DNA of 57,958 bases. It comes from Chloroflexi bacterium HGW-Chloroflexi-9. Lineage in GTDB: Bacteria > Chloroflexota > Dehalococcoidia > UBA2979. The stretch's first letter is position 1; every line of letters starts with the position of its first letter. Both the position numbers and the translations under genes were made by a program. Below the pieces are notes generated by a model, which saw only the letters and a program-made list of their open reading frames with translations, was not told the DNA's origin and ran no database searches. Shown piece by piece: positions 48,089 to 57,958 of the stretch. Location of the stretch: positions 1 through 57,958 of the forward strand of contig PHBR01000001.1 of the NCBI GenBank assembly GCA_002840675.1, read 5' to 3'.

Positions 48089-51000
48089 GCACTGACACCG
48101 GCTCCACCGCCGCCGAGTCGGCGGCGGATTCTGCGCGCCCGCCGAAGCCCAAGTCCGTCCTGATCATCGGGAGCGGGCCGATCATCATCGGCCAGGCGGC
48201 GGAGTTCGACTACGCCGGCACGCAGGCCTGTAAGGCGATGCGCGAGGAGGGGATCCGCTCCATCCTCGTGAACTCCAACCCGGCCACGATCATGACGGAT
48301 GAGGAGGTGGCGGACGTCACCTACATCGAGCCGCTGACCGTGGAGGTACTGGAGCGCATCATCGCGCGCGAGCGGCCGGAGGCGCTGCTGCCCACGCTGG
48401 GCGGCCAGACCGGCCTCAACCTCGCCGTCGAACTGCACGAGGCCGGCATCCTGGACAGGTACAACGTCCGCCTGCTCGGCAGCAGCGTGCGCACGATCAA
48501 GCTGGCGGAGGACCGCCAGCTGTTCCGCGACCTGCTCACCGAGATCGGCGAGCCGACCCCCGCCTCCATGATCGTGGAGTCGTGGGAGCAGGCGCAGGCG
48601 GCGCTCGACCTCGTCGGCCTGCCCGCGGTCGTCCGCCCGGCGTACACCCTCGGCGGCACCGGCGGTGGCATCGCCCACAACCTGGAGGAGTACGAGCGCA
48701 TCACGAAGAGCGGTCTGGCCGCCTCGCCCATTAGCCAGGTGCTGGTGGAGCAGTCGTTGCTCGGGTGGAAAGAGCTCGAGTACGAGGTGATGCGGGACGG
48801 TAACGATACCTGCATCACCATCTGCAACATGGAGAACCTGGACCCTATGGGCGTCCACACCGGTGACTCCATCGTCGTCGCCCCGTCGCAGACGCTCTCC
48901 GACCGCGAGTACCACATGCTCCGAAACAGCGCGTTGAAGATCATCCGCGCGCTGGGCATCGAGGGCGGCTGTAACGTGCAGTTCGCGCTCGCCCCGCGGC
49001 CGGACGTGGTCGGCTGGGCCGGCTCGGACGAGGCGGAGTGCCTCCCGTACCACGTGATCGAGGTCAACCCCCGCGTCTCTCGCTCCTCGGCGCTGGCGTC
49101 GAAGGCGACCGGCTACCCGATCGCGCGCGTCGCCGCGAAGATCGCGGTCGGCAAGCGGCTGCACGAGGTGGAGAACGCCGTCACGCGCCGCACGACCGCG
49201 GCCTTCGAGCCCGCCCTGGACTACGTGGTGGTCAAGATCCCGCGCTGGCCGTTCGACAAGTTCGGCACCGGCGACCGCACGCTCGGCACGCAGATGAAGG
49301 CGACCGGCGAGGTGATGGCGATCGACCGCACCTTCGAGGGCGCGCTCCAGAAGGCGATCCGCTCGCTGGAGTTCGGCAATCGCTCGATCCTCTGGGAGAA
49401 GCCCACCTGGACCGGCGACCCGCCGATGGAGGCGACCGACGAGCGCATCTGGGCGGTGCTGTCCTCGATCCGCCGGCGCATCCCCCTCCAGGTTATCTCT
49501 GACCGGTCTGGCATCGACCCGTGGTTCGTGGAGCGGCTGGCGCGCATCGTGGAGATGGAACGCACCCTCCTCTCGGAGGACCTGACGCCCGTCCTCCTGC
49601 GGGAAGCAAAGCGGCTGGGCTTCGCCGACCGGGACATCGCCACCCTCGCCGACCGGTTGCCGGAGCAGGTGCGCGCGCTCCGCGAGGAGTGGGACATCCG
49701 CCCCGTCTACAAGATGGTGGACACCTGCGCCGCCGAGTTCGACGCGGTGACGCCGTACTTCTACTCGACTTACGAGTACGAGAACGAGGCGCCGCCCACC
49801 GCCCGCGAGTCGGTGCTGGTGCTGGGCTCGGGGCCGATCCGCATCGGCCAGGGGATCGAGTTCGACTATTGCTCCGTCCGTGCCGCGCGCGCCCTGCAGG
49901 CCGCAGGCATCGAGGCGATCATGGCGAACTCCAACCCGGAGACCGTCTCCACCGACTTCGACACCTCCGACCGTCTCTACTTCGAGCCGTTGGACGAAGA
50001 GTCGATCCGTGACCTGCTGGAGAACGAGGCCGGCGACTCCGGGGAGGCGCCCCGCACGATCGTCCAGTTCGGTGGCCAGACCGCCATCAACATGGCGAAG
50101 CCGCTGACGAACGCAGCGATGCCGATCGCGGGGTCTTCCGCAGACAGCATCGACATCGCGGAAGACCGGGGGCGCTTCGGCGAGATCCTGGCGGAGCTCG
50201 ACATCCCGCAGCCGCCGGGCGCGGCCGTCACCAACCTGGAGGACGCCCTCAGCACGGCGAATGCGATCGGCTACCCGGTGCTCGTGCGCCCCTCCTACGT
50301 CCTTGGTGGGCGCGCGATGGAGGTGGTGCAGGACGCGAACGAACTCGTGCGCTTCTTCGGCGCCGCGCTCGCGGAGAACACCGGTGCGGTGCTGATCGAC
50401 AAGTACCTCGTCGGCCCCGAGGTCGAGGTGGACGCGATCTGCGACGGCGTCACGGTGCTGATCCCCGGGATCATGGAGCACATTGAGCGGGCCGGGGTGC
50501 ACTCGGGCGACTCGATGGCGGTCTACCCGCCGCAGCACCTCACCGATGAGCAGCGCGACGCGATCGTGGACTACACGACGCGGATGGCGCTCGCTCTCGA
50601 GGTGCGCGGGCTGATGAACGTGCAGTTCGTGATCGCCCCGGCGGCCGACCCGAACGGCCCGGGCGTATTCGTGATCGAGGTCAACCCGCGCTCCTCGCGC
50701 ACCGTCCCGTTCCTCTCGAAGGTGACCGGCGTGCCGATGGTGCAACTGGCTGTGAATATCATGCTGGGCCAGTCGCTCATCGATCAGGGGTACACGAACG
50801 GCCTCTGGCCGGAGCGGGCGCTGGTCGCCGTGAAGGCGCCGGTCTTCTCGATGTCGAAACTGGTGGACGTGGACACGTTCCTGGGGCCGGAGATGAAGTC
50901 GACCGGCGAGGTCATGGGCGTGGACTTCACCTTCGGGCCGGCGGTCCGAAAGGCGCTCATCGCCTCCGGGCTGGACGTCGCCCCCGGCACGCCGTTCCTG

Positions 51001-51396
51001 CTCTCCGTCTCCAACCAGTCGAAGGCGGAGGCGGTCCCGCTGATCCGCATGCTCCACGAGGCGGGATGCCGCCTCTACGCCACGGAGGGCACGGCAGCGC
51101 TGATCCAGGGACTCGGCATCCCCGTGGAGATGGTGACAAAGCGCCTCAACGAGGGGCACCCGAACGTGGTGGACGTGATTCGCGACGGCACGGTGAAGGC
51201 CGTCATCAACACCGTGGAGGGTGGCCGTGCCGCGGCTCAGCGGGACGGGTTCCACATCCGTCGCAGCGCCACGGAGATGCGCATCCCCTGCTTCACCTCG
51301 ATCGATACGGTGCGCGCCGCCATCCAGGCGCTCGCGCACCCCGACTCCTACGAGGTGCGCCCGCTGATCGAGTACCGGGACGGGATCCGCCCGTGA
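48085..51396 (+). CDS. carB: Carbamoyl-phosphate synthase large subunit (probable CTG start)
   Basis: [21 protein letters not shown] lies in frame upstream of ATG 48238; two ATP-grasp domains and an MGS domain. Confidence 0.95.
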   Translation: MSTDTGSTAAESAADSARPPKPKSVLIIGSGPIIIGQAAEFDYAGTQACKAMREEGIRSILVNSNPATIMTDEEVADVTYIEPLTVEVLERIIARERPEALLPTLGGQTGLNLAVELHEAGILDRYNVRLLGSSVRTIKLAEDRQLFRDLLTEIGEPTPASMIVESWEQAQAALDLVGLPAVVRPAYTLGGTGGGIAHNLEEYERITKSGLAASPISQVLVEQSLLGWKELEYEVMRDGNDTCITICNMENLDPMGVHTGDSIVVAPSQTLSDREYHMLRNSALKIIRALGIEGGCNVQFALAPRPDVVGWAGSDEAECLPYHVIEVNPRVSRSSALASKATGYPIARVAAKIAVGKRLHEVENAVTRRTTAAFEPALDYVVVKIPRWPFDKFGTGDRTLGTQMKATGEVMAIDRTFEGALQKAIRSLEFGNRSILWEKPTWTGDPPMEATDERIWAVLSSIRRRIPLQVISDRSGIDPWFVERLARIVEMERTLLSEDLTPVLLREAKRLGFADRDIATLADRLPEQVRALREEWDIRPVYKMVDTCAAEFDAVTPYFYSTYEYENEAPPTARESVLVLGSGPIRIGQGIEFDYCSVRAARALQAAGIEAIMANSNPETVSTDFDTSDRLYFEPLDEESIRDLLENEAGDSGEAPRTIVQFGGQTAINMAKPLTNAAMPIAGSSADSIDIAEDRGRFGEILAELDIPQPPGAAVTNLEDALSTANAIGYPVLVRPSYVLGGRAMEVVQDANELVRFFGAALAENTGAVLIDKYLVGPEVEVDAICDGVTVLIPGIMEHIERAGVHSGDSMAVYPPQHLTDEQRDAIVDYTTRMALALEVRGLMNVQFVIAPAADPNGPGVFVIEVNPRSSRTVPFLSKVTGVPMVQLAVNIMLGQSLIDQGYTNGLWPERALVAVKAPVFSMSKLVDVDTFLGPEMKSTGEVMGVDFTFGPAVRKALIASGLDVAPGTPFLLSVSNQSKAEAVPLIRMLHEAGCRLYATEGTAALIQGLGIPVEMVTKRLNEGHPNVVDVIRDGTVKAVINTVEGGRAAAQRDGFHIRRSATEMRIPCFTSIDTVRAAIQALAHPDSYEVRPLIEYRDGIRP

Positions 51397-52064
51397 GCCC
51401 GGGCGGGCGTCCGATCCGGGCCGCCCTCTTCGACCTCGACGGCACGCTCGTCGACTCGCTCGAGACGATCGCGGACGCGATGTCGCAGGCGCTACGGGTG
51501 CACGGGCACGCGGTGTCGCCCGCCGACATCATCCCGCGTATCGGCCCACCGATGAACGTGATGGCGCAGGAAGTGGCGCGTGTCGGTGAGGCGGAGGCGG
51601 AGGCGATCAACGCCGACTACCTCCGCATCTACCACGACGAGTTCATCCACCTGACCCCGGCGCGCGCCGGCGCTGAGCCGCTGCTCCGGTTCCTGCACGC
51701 GGAGGGCGTCCTGCTGGGCATCGTCACGAACAAAGTGGAGGCGGGCGCGCACCGCATGCTGGAGGTCCAGGGCTGGACGGACCTGTTCGCGTCCGTGGCT
51801 GGCCGGGACACCTCGAAGGCGAAGCCGGACCCGGAGGCAGCGCTGTACGTGTTACGCATCCTGGGCGTCCGCCCGGCCGAGGCGGTGCTGGTGGGCGACA
51901 CGGAGTTCGACGTGCGGTGCGGGAGCGCGGCGGGGCTGGCGATGACCATCGGGATCACCGGTTCGCGCACGGCGCAGGACCTGCGGGCGCGGGGCGCCTC
52001 GCATATCGTGAAGCACCTGGACGAGGTGGCACCGTTGCTGCTGGGAGCGGGGGCGCGCGCGTGA
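51393..52064 (+). CDS. HAD family hydrolase
   Basis: [18 protein letters not shown] and VGDT..D; GTGA overlap with carB. Confidence 0.9.
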   Translation: MSPGGRPIRAALFDLDGTLVDSLETIADAMSQALRVHGHAVSPADIIPRIGPPMNVMAQEVARVGEAEAEAINADYLRIYHDEFIHLTPARAGAEPLLRFLHAEGVLLGIVTNKVEAGAHRMLEVQGWTDLFASVAGRDTSKAKPDPEAALYVLRILGVRPAEAVLVGDTEFDVRCGSAAGLAMTIGITGSRTAQDLRARGASHIVKHLDEVAPLLLGAGARA

Positions 52065-52852
52065 AGTCGTTCGACGCCGAGATCACCGAGAGCGCACGGC
52101 TCTACGGCAACACCCACATCGCCTGGTTCCGGAGCCCGGAGCACTTCCAGTCGGTGACCCCCGGCCAGTTCGTCATGGCCTACGCCGGCGACGGCTGGGG
52201 CGAGACGTGGGACCCGTTGCTGGGCCGCGCCCTCTCCGTCCACCGCGTCCGCACCGGCGCCGATGGCGGCCCCGAGTTCGCGCTCCTCTACGACGTCGTC
52301 GGCCGCGGCACCGAGTGGCTCTCCCGCCGTCACGAGGGCGACCGGGTGCGCCTGGTCGGGCCGTTGGGACGGGGCTTCGAGCCGCGCGAGCGCGTCCAGC
52401 ACATGCTGCTGGTCGGCGGCGGCATCGGCTCAGCGCCGCTGGTGTGGCTCGCGGACACGCTCGTCGCGCAGGGGCGCGAGGTCACGCTGATCCTCGGTGG
52501 GCGCTCCGCCGCGCAGATCTTCCCGCGCGAGTTGCTGCCGCCGGAGGTGGAACTGGTCGTGACCACGGAGGACGGATCGCAGGGCGAGACCGGCCGCGTG
52601 ACGGCCCCCTTCGAGCGGCTGTTGCCCTGGTGCGACCAGGCGTTCACCTGCGGCCCCGACCCGATGTTCGAGGCGCTCTACCGCGTGCTGGCCGGCACCG
52701 GCCTCAACAAGCCCGTCCAGGCGCTCCTGGAGGCGCGCATGGCCTGCGGCCTGGGCATCTGCTACTCCTGCGCCGTCTTCCCTCGTAAGGGCGGCACGCG
52801 CCTCGTGTGCCACGACGGCCCGATGTTCGACCTGCGCGAACTCTACGGATGA
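52061..52852 (+). CDS. pyrK: Dihydroorotate dehydrogenase electron transfer subunit
   Basis: PGQFVM, GPLGRGF, GGGIG, CGP and MACGLGICYSC...VCHDGP [2Fe-2S] motif. Confidence 0.9.
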   Translation: MKSFDAEITESARLYGNTHIAWFRSPEHFQSVTPGQFVMAYAGDGWGETWDPLLGRALSVHRVRTGADGGPEFALLYDVVGRGTEWLSRRHEGDRVRLVGPLGRGFEPRERVQHMLLVGGGIGSAPLVWLADTLVAQGREVTLILGGRSAAQIFPRELLPPEVELVVTTEDGSQGETGRVTAPFERLLPWCDQAFTCGPDPMFEALYRVLAGTGLNKPVQALLEARMACGLGICYSCAVFPRKGGTRLVCHDGPMFDLRELYG

Positions 52853-52862
52853 GGCCCTCTCG

Positions 52863-53090
52863 ATGAGGCTCGGCCGCCATCACGTCATCATCCTGGCCGG
52901 GATCGCGCTCGGGCTAGCAGTCGGGCTGTTCGTCTTCGACACCGAGCCGCCCGTCCTCGGATGGCTGTTCGGTCTCGGGATGGGGTTGTCTGGTGGCGCG
53001 TTCATCGCCGCGGTCACCTCGGGCGAGGCGATCGCGGGTGGCGGTGAACGCGGTCCTGTTCGCCTCCGGCGTCCACGAGGTGGCGGCTGA
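52863..53090 (+). CDS. Small two-TM protein (3' end possibly artefactual)
   Basis: Two hydrophobic segments; the tail overlaps a fragment of another gene. Confidence 0.5.
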   Translation: MRLGRHHVIILAGIALGLAVGLFVFDTEPPVLGWLFGLGMGLSGGAFIAAVTSGEAIAGGGERGPVRLRRPRGGG

Positions 53091-53145
53091 GGCCGCGCGG
53101 GCGATCGAAGCGGGCTTCCGGACGGTGAAGCTCAAGGTCGGGGCG
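53038..53145 (+). other. Internal fragment of an enolase-superfamily (MenC/MLE-like) gene
   Basis: VAVNAVL...AARAIEAGFRTVKLKVG has the KxK motif; the N-terminal cap and downstream barrel are missing. Confidence 0.65.
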
Positions 53146-54077
53146 ACGACGCCGTCGGAGACGTCTCCGCTATCGATTCGCCCGGCCAGCCAGGCTTCGA
53201 CGGCGGCCGGCTCGGCGTCGGAAAACTCGGCCAGGACGTACCACGGCGACGCTTCGCACGGCCGCGTTGTATCGGGAATGTGCTTGAGGACCAGCCCGAG
53301 CGCCGTTTCCGAAACCAGCTCGAAGGCCGTCAGTTGCGCGTCAAAATCGGTTTTTGCCGAATTCAGCAGGTCGACCGCAGCAGCCGGCGAAACGACGTTC
53401 AGCCAGCAGGTAAGCAGCCTTTTGGGCAGCGGAAAAAGCTTGAGCACGGCGCCAGTGATGATGCCCAGCGTGCCTTCGGCGCCGATAAATAGCTGTTTGA
53501 GATCGTAGCCGGTGTTGTCCTTGCGCAGACCGCGCAGGCCGTTCCAGATGTCGCCGTTAGGCAGGACCACCTCAAGGCCGAGCGTCAGTTCGCGGGTGTT
53601 GCCATAACGCAGAACCTGGACCCCCCCCGCATTGGTCGACAGGTTGCCACCGATCTGGCACGTCCCTTCCGACGCCAGGGCCAGCGGAAAGAGCCGGTCG
53701 GCGGCGCGCGCAGCCTCCTGGACAGCGGCCAGCGTACAGCCGGCCTCGACTGAAATCGTGCTGTTTTCCCGGTCGACCGTAAGAATGCGATTGAGACGGC
53801 TCAAACTGACGACCACCGCGCCGCCTGAGTCGTCCGGCGTTGCCGCGCCGCACAGGCTGGTGTTGCCGCCCTGCGGGACGATGGCCACACCGGCTTCGGC
53901 ACAGGCTTTGACGACCGCCGCCACCTCGGTGCTATTGCCGGGACGAACGACGCATTGCGCGGCGCCGCGATAACGGCCGCGCCAGTCGGTGACGAAGGGC
54001 GCCATGTCGGCCGGCTCGGTCAGCACCTGGGCCGGTCCGACCAGCGCAACGAGGCGAGCGATCAGGGAATCAGGCAT
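53142..54077 (-). CDS. FAD-binding oxidoreductase (D-2-hydroxyacid dehydrogenase-like), truncated at the junction
   Basis: PQGGNTSLCG, GGNLSTNAGG, LRKDNTGYDL and GAEGTLGII; homology stops after DGVVA. Confidence 0.88.
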
Positions 54078-54084
54078 GGCGTCG

Positions 54085-54951
54085 TCAATCGAGCAGGGAG
54101 TGGAGGAGCGGCAGCATGTGTTCAGCAGCCTTGCGCCCGGCGGCAATGGCTTCGCCGGCACGATGGTAGTCGAGCAGGTTGAGTTGCCCGAGACGCGGCG
54201 TGATGAGCACGTCGGCCGGCTCACCAGCCAGGCGCGAACGCGAGATACGGCCCTGCATGATGGCGATGCTGTTGCTCACCACATCGGCCAGCGAAGGCAG
54301 GACCGGCGTCGCCTCGCCGCCGCCAAACCAGCGACCGACGGCATTGCGCCAGCCGCCACCGTCTGCCGCCGGCTTGCCGTTGCGGCGCTGCAGCGTGGTC
54401 AGCATGTCCATGCCGAGATCGACGGCGATCACCACTTCGGCCTCAAGCACCCGACACAGCGAAACCGGCACTGGATTGACCAGGCCGCCATCGACCAGGA
54501 AACGCTCGTCGAGCAATTGCGGTGAAAACAGACCGGGCAGCGCGATCGAGGCACGTACCGCGTCGGCGACCGATCCCTCGCGCAACCAGATTTCGCGCCC
54601 CGTAGCCAGGTCAGTGGCAACGCAGGCAAAGGGCCGGTCGAGATCGGCAAAGGTGTTGTCAAGGAAGGAGGTCGAGGCAAAGTCGAGCAACTTTGCGCCC
54701 TTGATCAACCCGCCCGTCAGGCTGACATCGAAGAAGCCGAGCACATCGCTCCGGCTCAGTCCGCCCACCCAGGACTCGAGCTTGTCGAGATCGCCCGAGG
54801 CGTAGGCGGCACCGACAAAGGCACCGATCGAGGTGCCGCACACGACGTCCGGCTCGATGCCGGCCTCCTGCAGGGCGCGCAACACGCCGATGTGAGCCCA
54901 GCCACGCGCCGAGCCGGAACCGAGCGCGATACCGAGACGCGGCCGGGCCAC
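54085..54951 (-). CDS. Patatin-like phospholipase (RssA-like)
   Basis: GSGSARG, GTSIG and DGG motifs. Confidence 0.9.
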   Translation of the reverse strand: MARPRLGIALGSGSARGWAHIGVLRALQEAGIEPDVVCGTSIGAFVGAAYASGDLDKLESWVGGLSRSDVLGFFDVSLTGGLIKGAKLLDFASTSFLDNTFADLDRPFACVATDLATGREIWLREGSVADAVRASIALPGLFSPQLLDERFLVDGGLVNPVPVSLCRVLEAEVVIAVDLGMDMLTTLQRRNGKPAADGGGWRNAVGRWFGGGEATPVLPSLADVVSNSIAIMQGRISRSRLAGEPADVLITPRLGQLNLLDYHRAGEAIAAGRKAAEHMLPLLHSLLD

Positions 54952-54957
54952 GGCAGT

Positions 54958-56289
54958 TTAGCCCTGCCCGACCGGCTGGGCGTACAAGTCGTGGTGGTCG
55001 GCGTCGATGACCTTGACCTGCATGAAATCGCCGGGCTGGGCGTCGAAGTGACCATCGATGTACACCACGCCATCGATTTCCGGCGCGTCGGCCTTGGAAC
55101 GGGCAATCGTGCCTTCCTCATCAACAGCGTCGACCAGCACCTGAATGACCGTGTCGATCTTGGCTTCGAGCTTGGCGGCGGAAATATCTTCCTGGACCTG
55201 CATCAGCCAGCGCCGGCGATCTTCGCGCACGTCCTCGGGCAGCAGTTCGCCCAGTTCGTTGGCCTTGGCCCCTTCGACCGGCGAATAGGCAAAAGCGCCG
55301 ACGCGATCGAGTTTTGCATCCTCGAGGAACTGGATCAGTTGATCGAAATCCTCGTCGGTCTCGCCGGGGAAGCCGGTGATGAAGGTCGAGCGGATGACGA
55401 TTTCCGGGCAGATCTCCCGCCACTTGGCAATGCGTTCCAGCGTGTTTTCGGCCGAGGCCGGGCGCTTCATCGCTTTCAAAATGGTCGGGCTGGCGTGCTG
55501 GAAAGGCACGTCGAGGTAAGGCAGGATCTTGCCTTCGGCCATCAGCGGGATAACGTCATCGACCGAGGGGTACGGGTAAACGTAATGCAGGCGGACCCAG
55601 ATGCCGAAGCTGGCCAGCGCCTCGCACAACTCCTTGAGGCGGGACTTGACCGGCTTTCCGCCCCAGAAGGCCGTGCGGTACTTGAGATCGACGCCGTAGG
55701 CGCTGGTGTCCTGCGAAATAACCAGAATCTCCTTGACGCCGGCCCGGGCCAGGTTTTCAGCTTCGGCCAGCACATCGCCGACCGGGCGGGAAACGAGCGG
55801 GCCGCGCAGCGACGGGATGATGCAGAAGGTGCAGCTGTGGTTGCAGCCTTCGGAAATCTTCAGGTAGGCAAAGTGGTCCGGCGTCAGGCGCACGCCCTGC
55901 GGCGGCACCAGGTCGGAATACGGGTCGTGCGGCTTGGGCAGGTGCGTGTGCACGTAGCCCATGACCTCATCGGCCGCATGCGGGCCGGTGACGGCGAGCA
56001 CGGCCGGGTGCGTCGATTGCACGATATCGCCCTTGGCGCCGAGGCAGCCGGTGACGATGACCTTGCCGTTCTCGTTCAAGGCTTCGCCGATGGCATCGAG
56101 CGACTCCTCGACGGCGGCGTCGATGAAGCCGCAGGTATTGACGATCACCAGGTCGGAATTGTCGTAGCTCGGCGAAATCTCGTAGCCTTCGGCGCGCAGC
56201 TTGGTCAGGATGCGCTCGGCATCGGAAGAAGCCTTCGGGCAGCCGAGGGAAACGAAGCCGACGGTCGGCACTTTTTGCTGAATAGTCAT
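54958..56289 (-). CDS. rimO: Ribosomal protein S12 methylthiotransferase
   Basis: [26 protein letters not shown] radical-SAM motif and [12 protein letters not shown] domain. Confidence 0.97.
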   Translation of the reverse strand: MTIQQKVPTVGFVSLGCPKASSDAERILTKLRAEGYEISPSYDNSDLVIVNTCGFIDAAVEESLDAIGEALNENGKVIVTGCLGAKGDIVQSTHPAVLAVTGPHAADEVMGYVHTHLPKPHDPYSDLVPPQGVRLTPDHFAYLKISEGCNHSCTFCIIPSLRGPLVSRPVGDVLAEAENLARAGVKEILVISQDTSAYGVDLKYRTAFWGGKPVKSRLKELCEALASFGIWVRLHYVYPYPSVDDVIPLMAEGKILPYLDVPFQHASPTILKAMKRPASAENTLERIAKWREICPEIVIRSTFITGFPGETDEDFDQLIQFLEDAKLDRVGAFAYSPVEGAKANELGELLPEDVREDRRRWLMQVQEDISAAKLEAKIDTVIQVLVDAVDEEGTIARSKADAPEIDGVVYIDGHFDAQPGDFMQVKVIDADHHDLYAQPVGQG

Positions 56290-56346
56290 GCGATGGAAAC
56301 CTTATCCGGACGGGCCGGCAAACAAAGGGCGTATTTTACGGGGGAT

Positions 56347-57720
56347 TCAGGCCGGCAGGCGGGCAAGTGCCTGTTTCAGCGCGTCAAAACATTTCGCGTC
56401 GATGGCCGTGCCAACATTCTCGGCCATGATTTCCAGCGTCTTGGGAATCGGCACAGCGCCGCGATACGGGCGTTCGGCGGTGATCGCGTCGAAAATATCG
56501 GCCGTCGTGATGATCCGCGTTTCGAGGCAGATATCTTTCGCGGTCACGCCGCGCGGATAGCCCTTGCCGTCGAAGCGCTCGTGGTGGGCGGCCGACACCT
56601 GCGCCAGCTCGGTAAAAGCGTCGATGCGCGAGAGGATTGTCTCGGTGTACATGGCGTGCGCCTTGACCGCCTCCCACTCCTCATCGTCGAGCTTGCCGGG
56701 CTTGTCGAGCACGCTGTTGCTGACACCGAGCTTGCCGACGTCGTGGAGCAGCGCGCCCCGCTTCAGCCAGCGCCGACGGTCCGCCGCCAAGCCCAGCGCT
56801 TCGGCGATCAAGTCGGCGTAAAGCGCAACCCGTGTGCTGTGCCCGCTGGTATAGGGGCTCTTCGAGTCAACGACCTGCCCGAAGGCGGCGGCGATGTCGT
56901 CGAGATAATCATCATCGAGCGCCACGACATGACCGGCCGGCTCAAGTGCCAGCACCGCCATCATGACATCGGGTGAAGCCAGGATTTTCCAGAAGGCGTC
57001 ATCGCCCTCCAATTGCTCAAATGCCGCCACCAGATCGGGATCGAACCAGCCACCGGCGCGCTGCCGAACCTCGTCGAAAGCCGCCAGCGGGCCGCCGGAG
57101 GTATGAAAGACATCGATCACCTGAGCCAGCAGCGCTATCCGCGAATAGAGCGGTATCGCCTCGCCGGCCAGGCCCTGCGGCTTGCCCTGACCGTTGAAAT
57201 GCTCGTCCAGACTGTAGATGCCAGCCGAGACGCTTTCGGGAAAACGCAGCAGGCGGGCAATTTCGGCACCGCGCTGGCAGCGCGTGGCGATCAGCTCGGT
57301 GGCGATCTGTTCGCCATCGCGCATGATCGTCATGACGCTGCGGAAACGTTCGGCCAGCGGCGCCCTGAGCCCGGTATGGCTGAGCACGAACTGAAGCACC
57401 CTGGGCAGGCTGTCGCCGACCTTCTTGAAATCGCGCTTGAAGCTCAGGTCGTCGGTCAGGTACAGCTCGCAGATGCGCGCCGCGTTGCTGCTGCAGCCCA
57501 GATCCTTGAGCAGCAAGGTGTAGTAGAGACTCCACAGATCGTCGTCACCGAGACCGAGGCGACGGCCTATGTGCATGCCGATCCAGCAACAACGCACGCA
57601 GTGGCCTTCCGGCTGCCCTTCGGTAATGTCGAGCGCGTGACTGAGCGCCGAGATCAATTCGGAGAGTTTCAAGCCAGCCAGGGCGGGCAAGGTAAATTGA
57701 ACTGGAGAATTGGCGGGCAT
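56347..57720 (-). CDS. Tandem HD / HD-GYP domain phosphodiesterase
   Basis: Degenerate first domain (KDLG, HFNGQGKP); intact second domain (HDVGK, HHERFDGKGYP, RPYR). Confidence 0.88.
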   Translation of the reverse strand: MPANSPVQFTLPALAGLKLSELISALSHALDITEGQPEGHCVRCCWIGMHIGRRLGLGDDDLWSLYYTLLLKDLGCSSNAARICELYLTDDLSFKRDFKKVGDSLPRVLQFVLSHTGLRAPLAERFRSVMTIMRDGEQIATELIATRCQRGAEIARLLRFPESVSAGIYSLDEHFNGQGKPQGLAGEAIPLYSRIALLAQVIDVFHTSGGPLAAFDEVRQRAGGWFDPDLVAAFEQLEGDDAFWKILASPDVMMAVLALEPAGHVVALDDDYLDDIAAAFGQVVDSKSPYTSGHSTRVALYADLIAEALGLAADRRRWLKRGALLHDVGKLGVSNSVLDKPGKLDDEEWEAVKAHAMYTETILSRIDAFTELAQVSAAHHERFDGKGYPRGVTAKDICLETRIITTADIFDAITAERPYRGAVPIPKTLEIMAENVGTAIDAKCFDALKQALARLPA

Positions 57721-57819
57721 CGACTCGTAGATTACCAACAAATAACGAAGTTCTCTCGCCGCACAACGATTTCCACACGCCCGGGCGAAGCGCCAAACAG
57801 CTCAACCTCATCCGGAACA

Positions 57820-57848
57820 CTGGCGCAACGCGCTTAATTCGTTATAAT
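57820..57848 (+). promoter_or_regulatory. Sigma-70 promoter of tRNA-Val
   Basis: CTGGCG-N17-TATAAT followed by a GC-rich discriminator. Confidence 0.65.
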
Positions 57849-57858
57849 GCGCGCCCAA

Positions 57859-57934
57859 GCGTTCTTAGCTCAGTTGGTAGAGCGTCTGCCTTACACGCAG
57901 AATGTCGGCGGTTCGAGCCCGTCAGGACGCACCA
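57859..57934 (+). tRNA. tRNA-Val(TAC)
   Basis: TCTGC-CTTACAC-GCAGA anticodon arm; GGTTCGAGCCC; CCA end. Confidence 0.96.
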
Positions 57935-57958
57935 GATTCTCAACTATCGTGATCCACG

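Noticed and set aside
48001..51339. Very long antisense or alternate-frame ORFs (also 7921-9951, 9952-11640, 30585-31976, 54892-56976)
   Set aside because: Shadows of high-GC3 genes on the opposite strand, with no recognisable motifs.
52914..54224. 436-aa ORF treated as a genuine full-length or fusion protein
   Set aside because: The C-terminal ~75 aa are the antisense of unrelated DNA across the junction, and the N-terminal extension overlaps the patatin gene.

Overview
Positions 1 to about 53,140 are high-GC chromosomal DNA from a monoderm-type bacterium. I infer Chloroflexota/Dehalococcoidia-like or Actinomycetota from gene style; this is not proven. This part holds housekeeping and accessory genes, four tRNAs and a PyrR-attenuated pyrimidine operon. 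A partly decayed integrative element sits against tRNA-Asn, from about 19.6 kb to roughly 30 kb. Its core is a large serine recombinase whose last 13 codons and stop are the antisense strand of the tRNA, a small RDF-like ORF, a divergent sigma-70-family gene, a small ORF and a primase-polymerase. The best novel signal is a bipartite motif, TGATCCGACAGATC-N8-CCTGCGTATGGGT-N4-ATG, present in two copies with identical boxes on opposite strands. Each copy sits directly before the start codon of one of the element's two operons, which suggests the element's own sigma factor co-activates recombination and replication from leaderless promoters. Other oddities: carB apparently starts at CTG, and a GNAT and a degenerate 2H protein are inserted between carA and carB. 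At about 53,141 the sequence switches mid-gene to betaproteobacterial-looking DNA (FAD oxidoreductase, patatin, rimO, HD-GYP, tRNA-Val), most likely an assembly chimera. I saw no CRISPR array or rRNA. All protein calls are from motif recognition by eye, not database searches.
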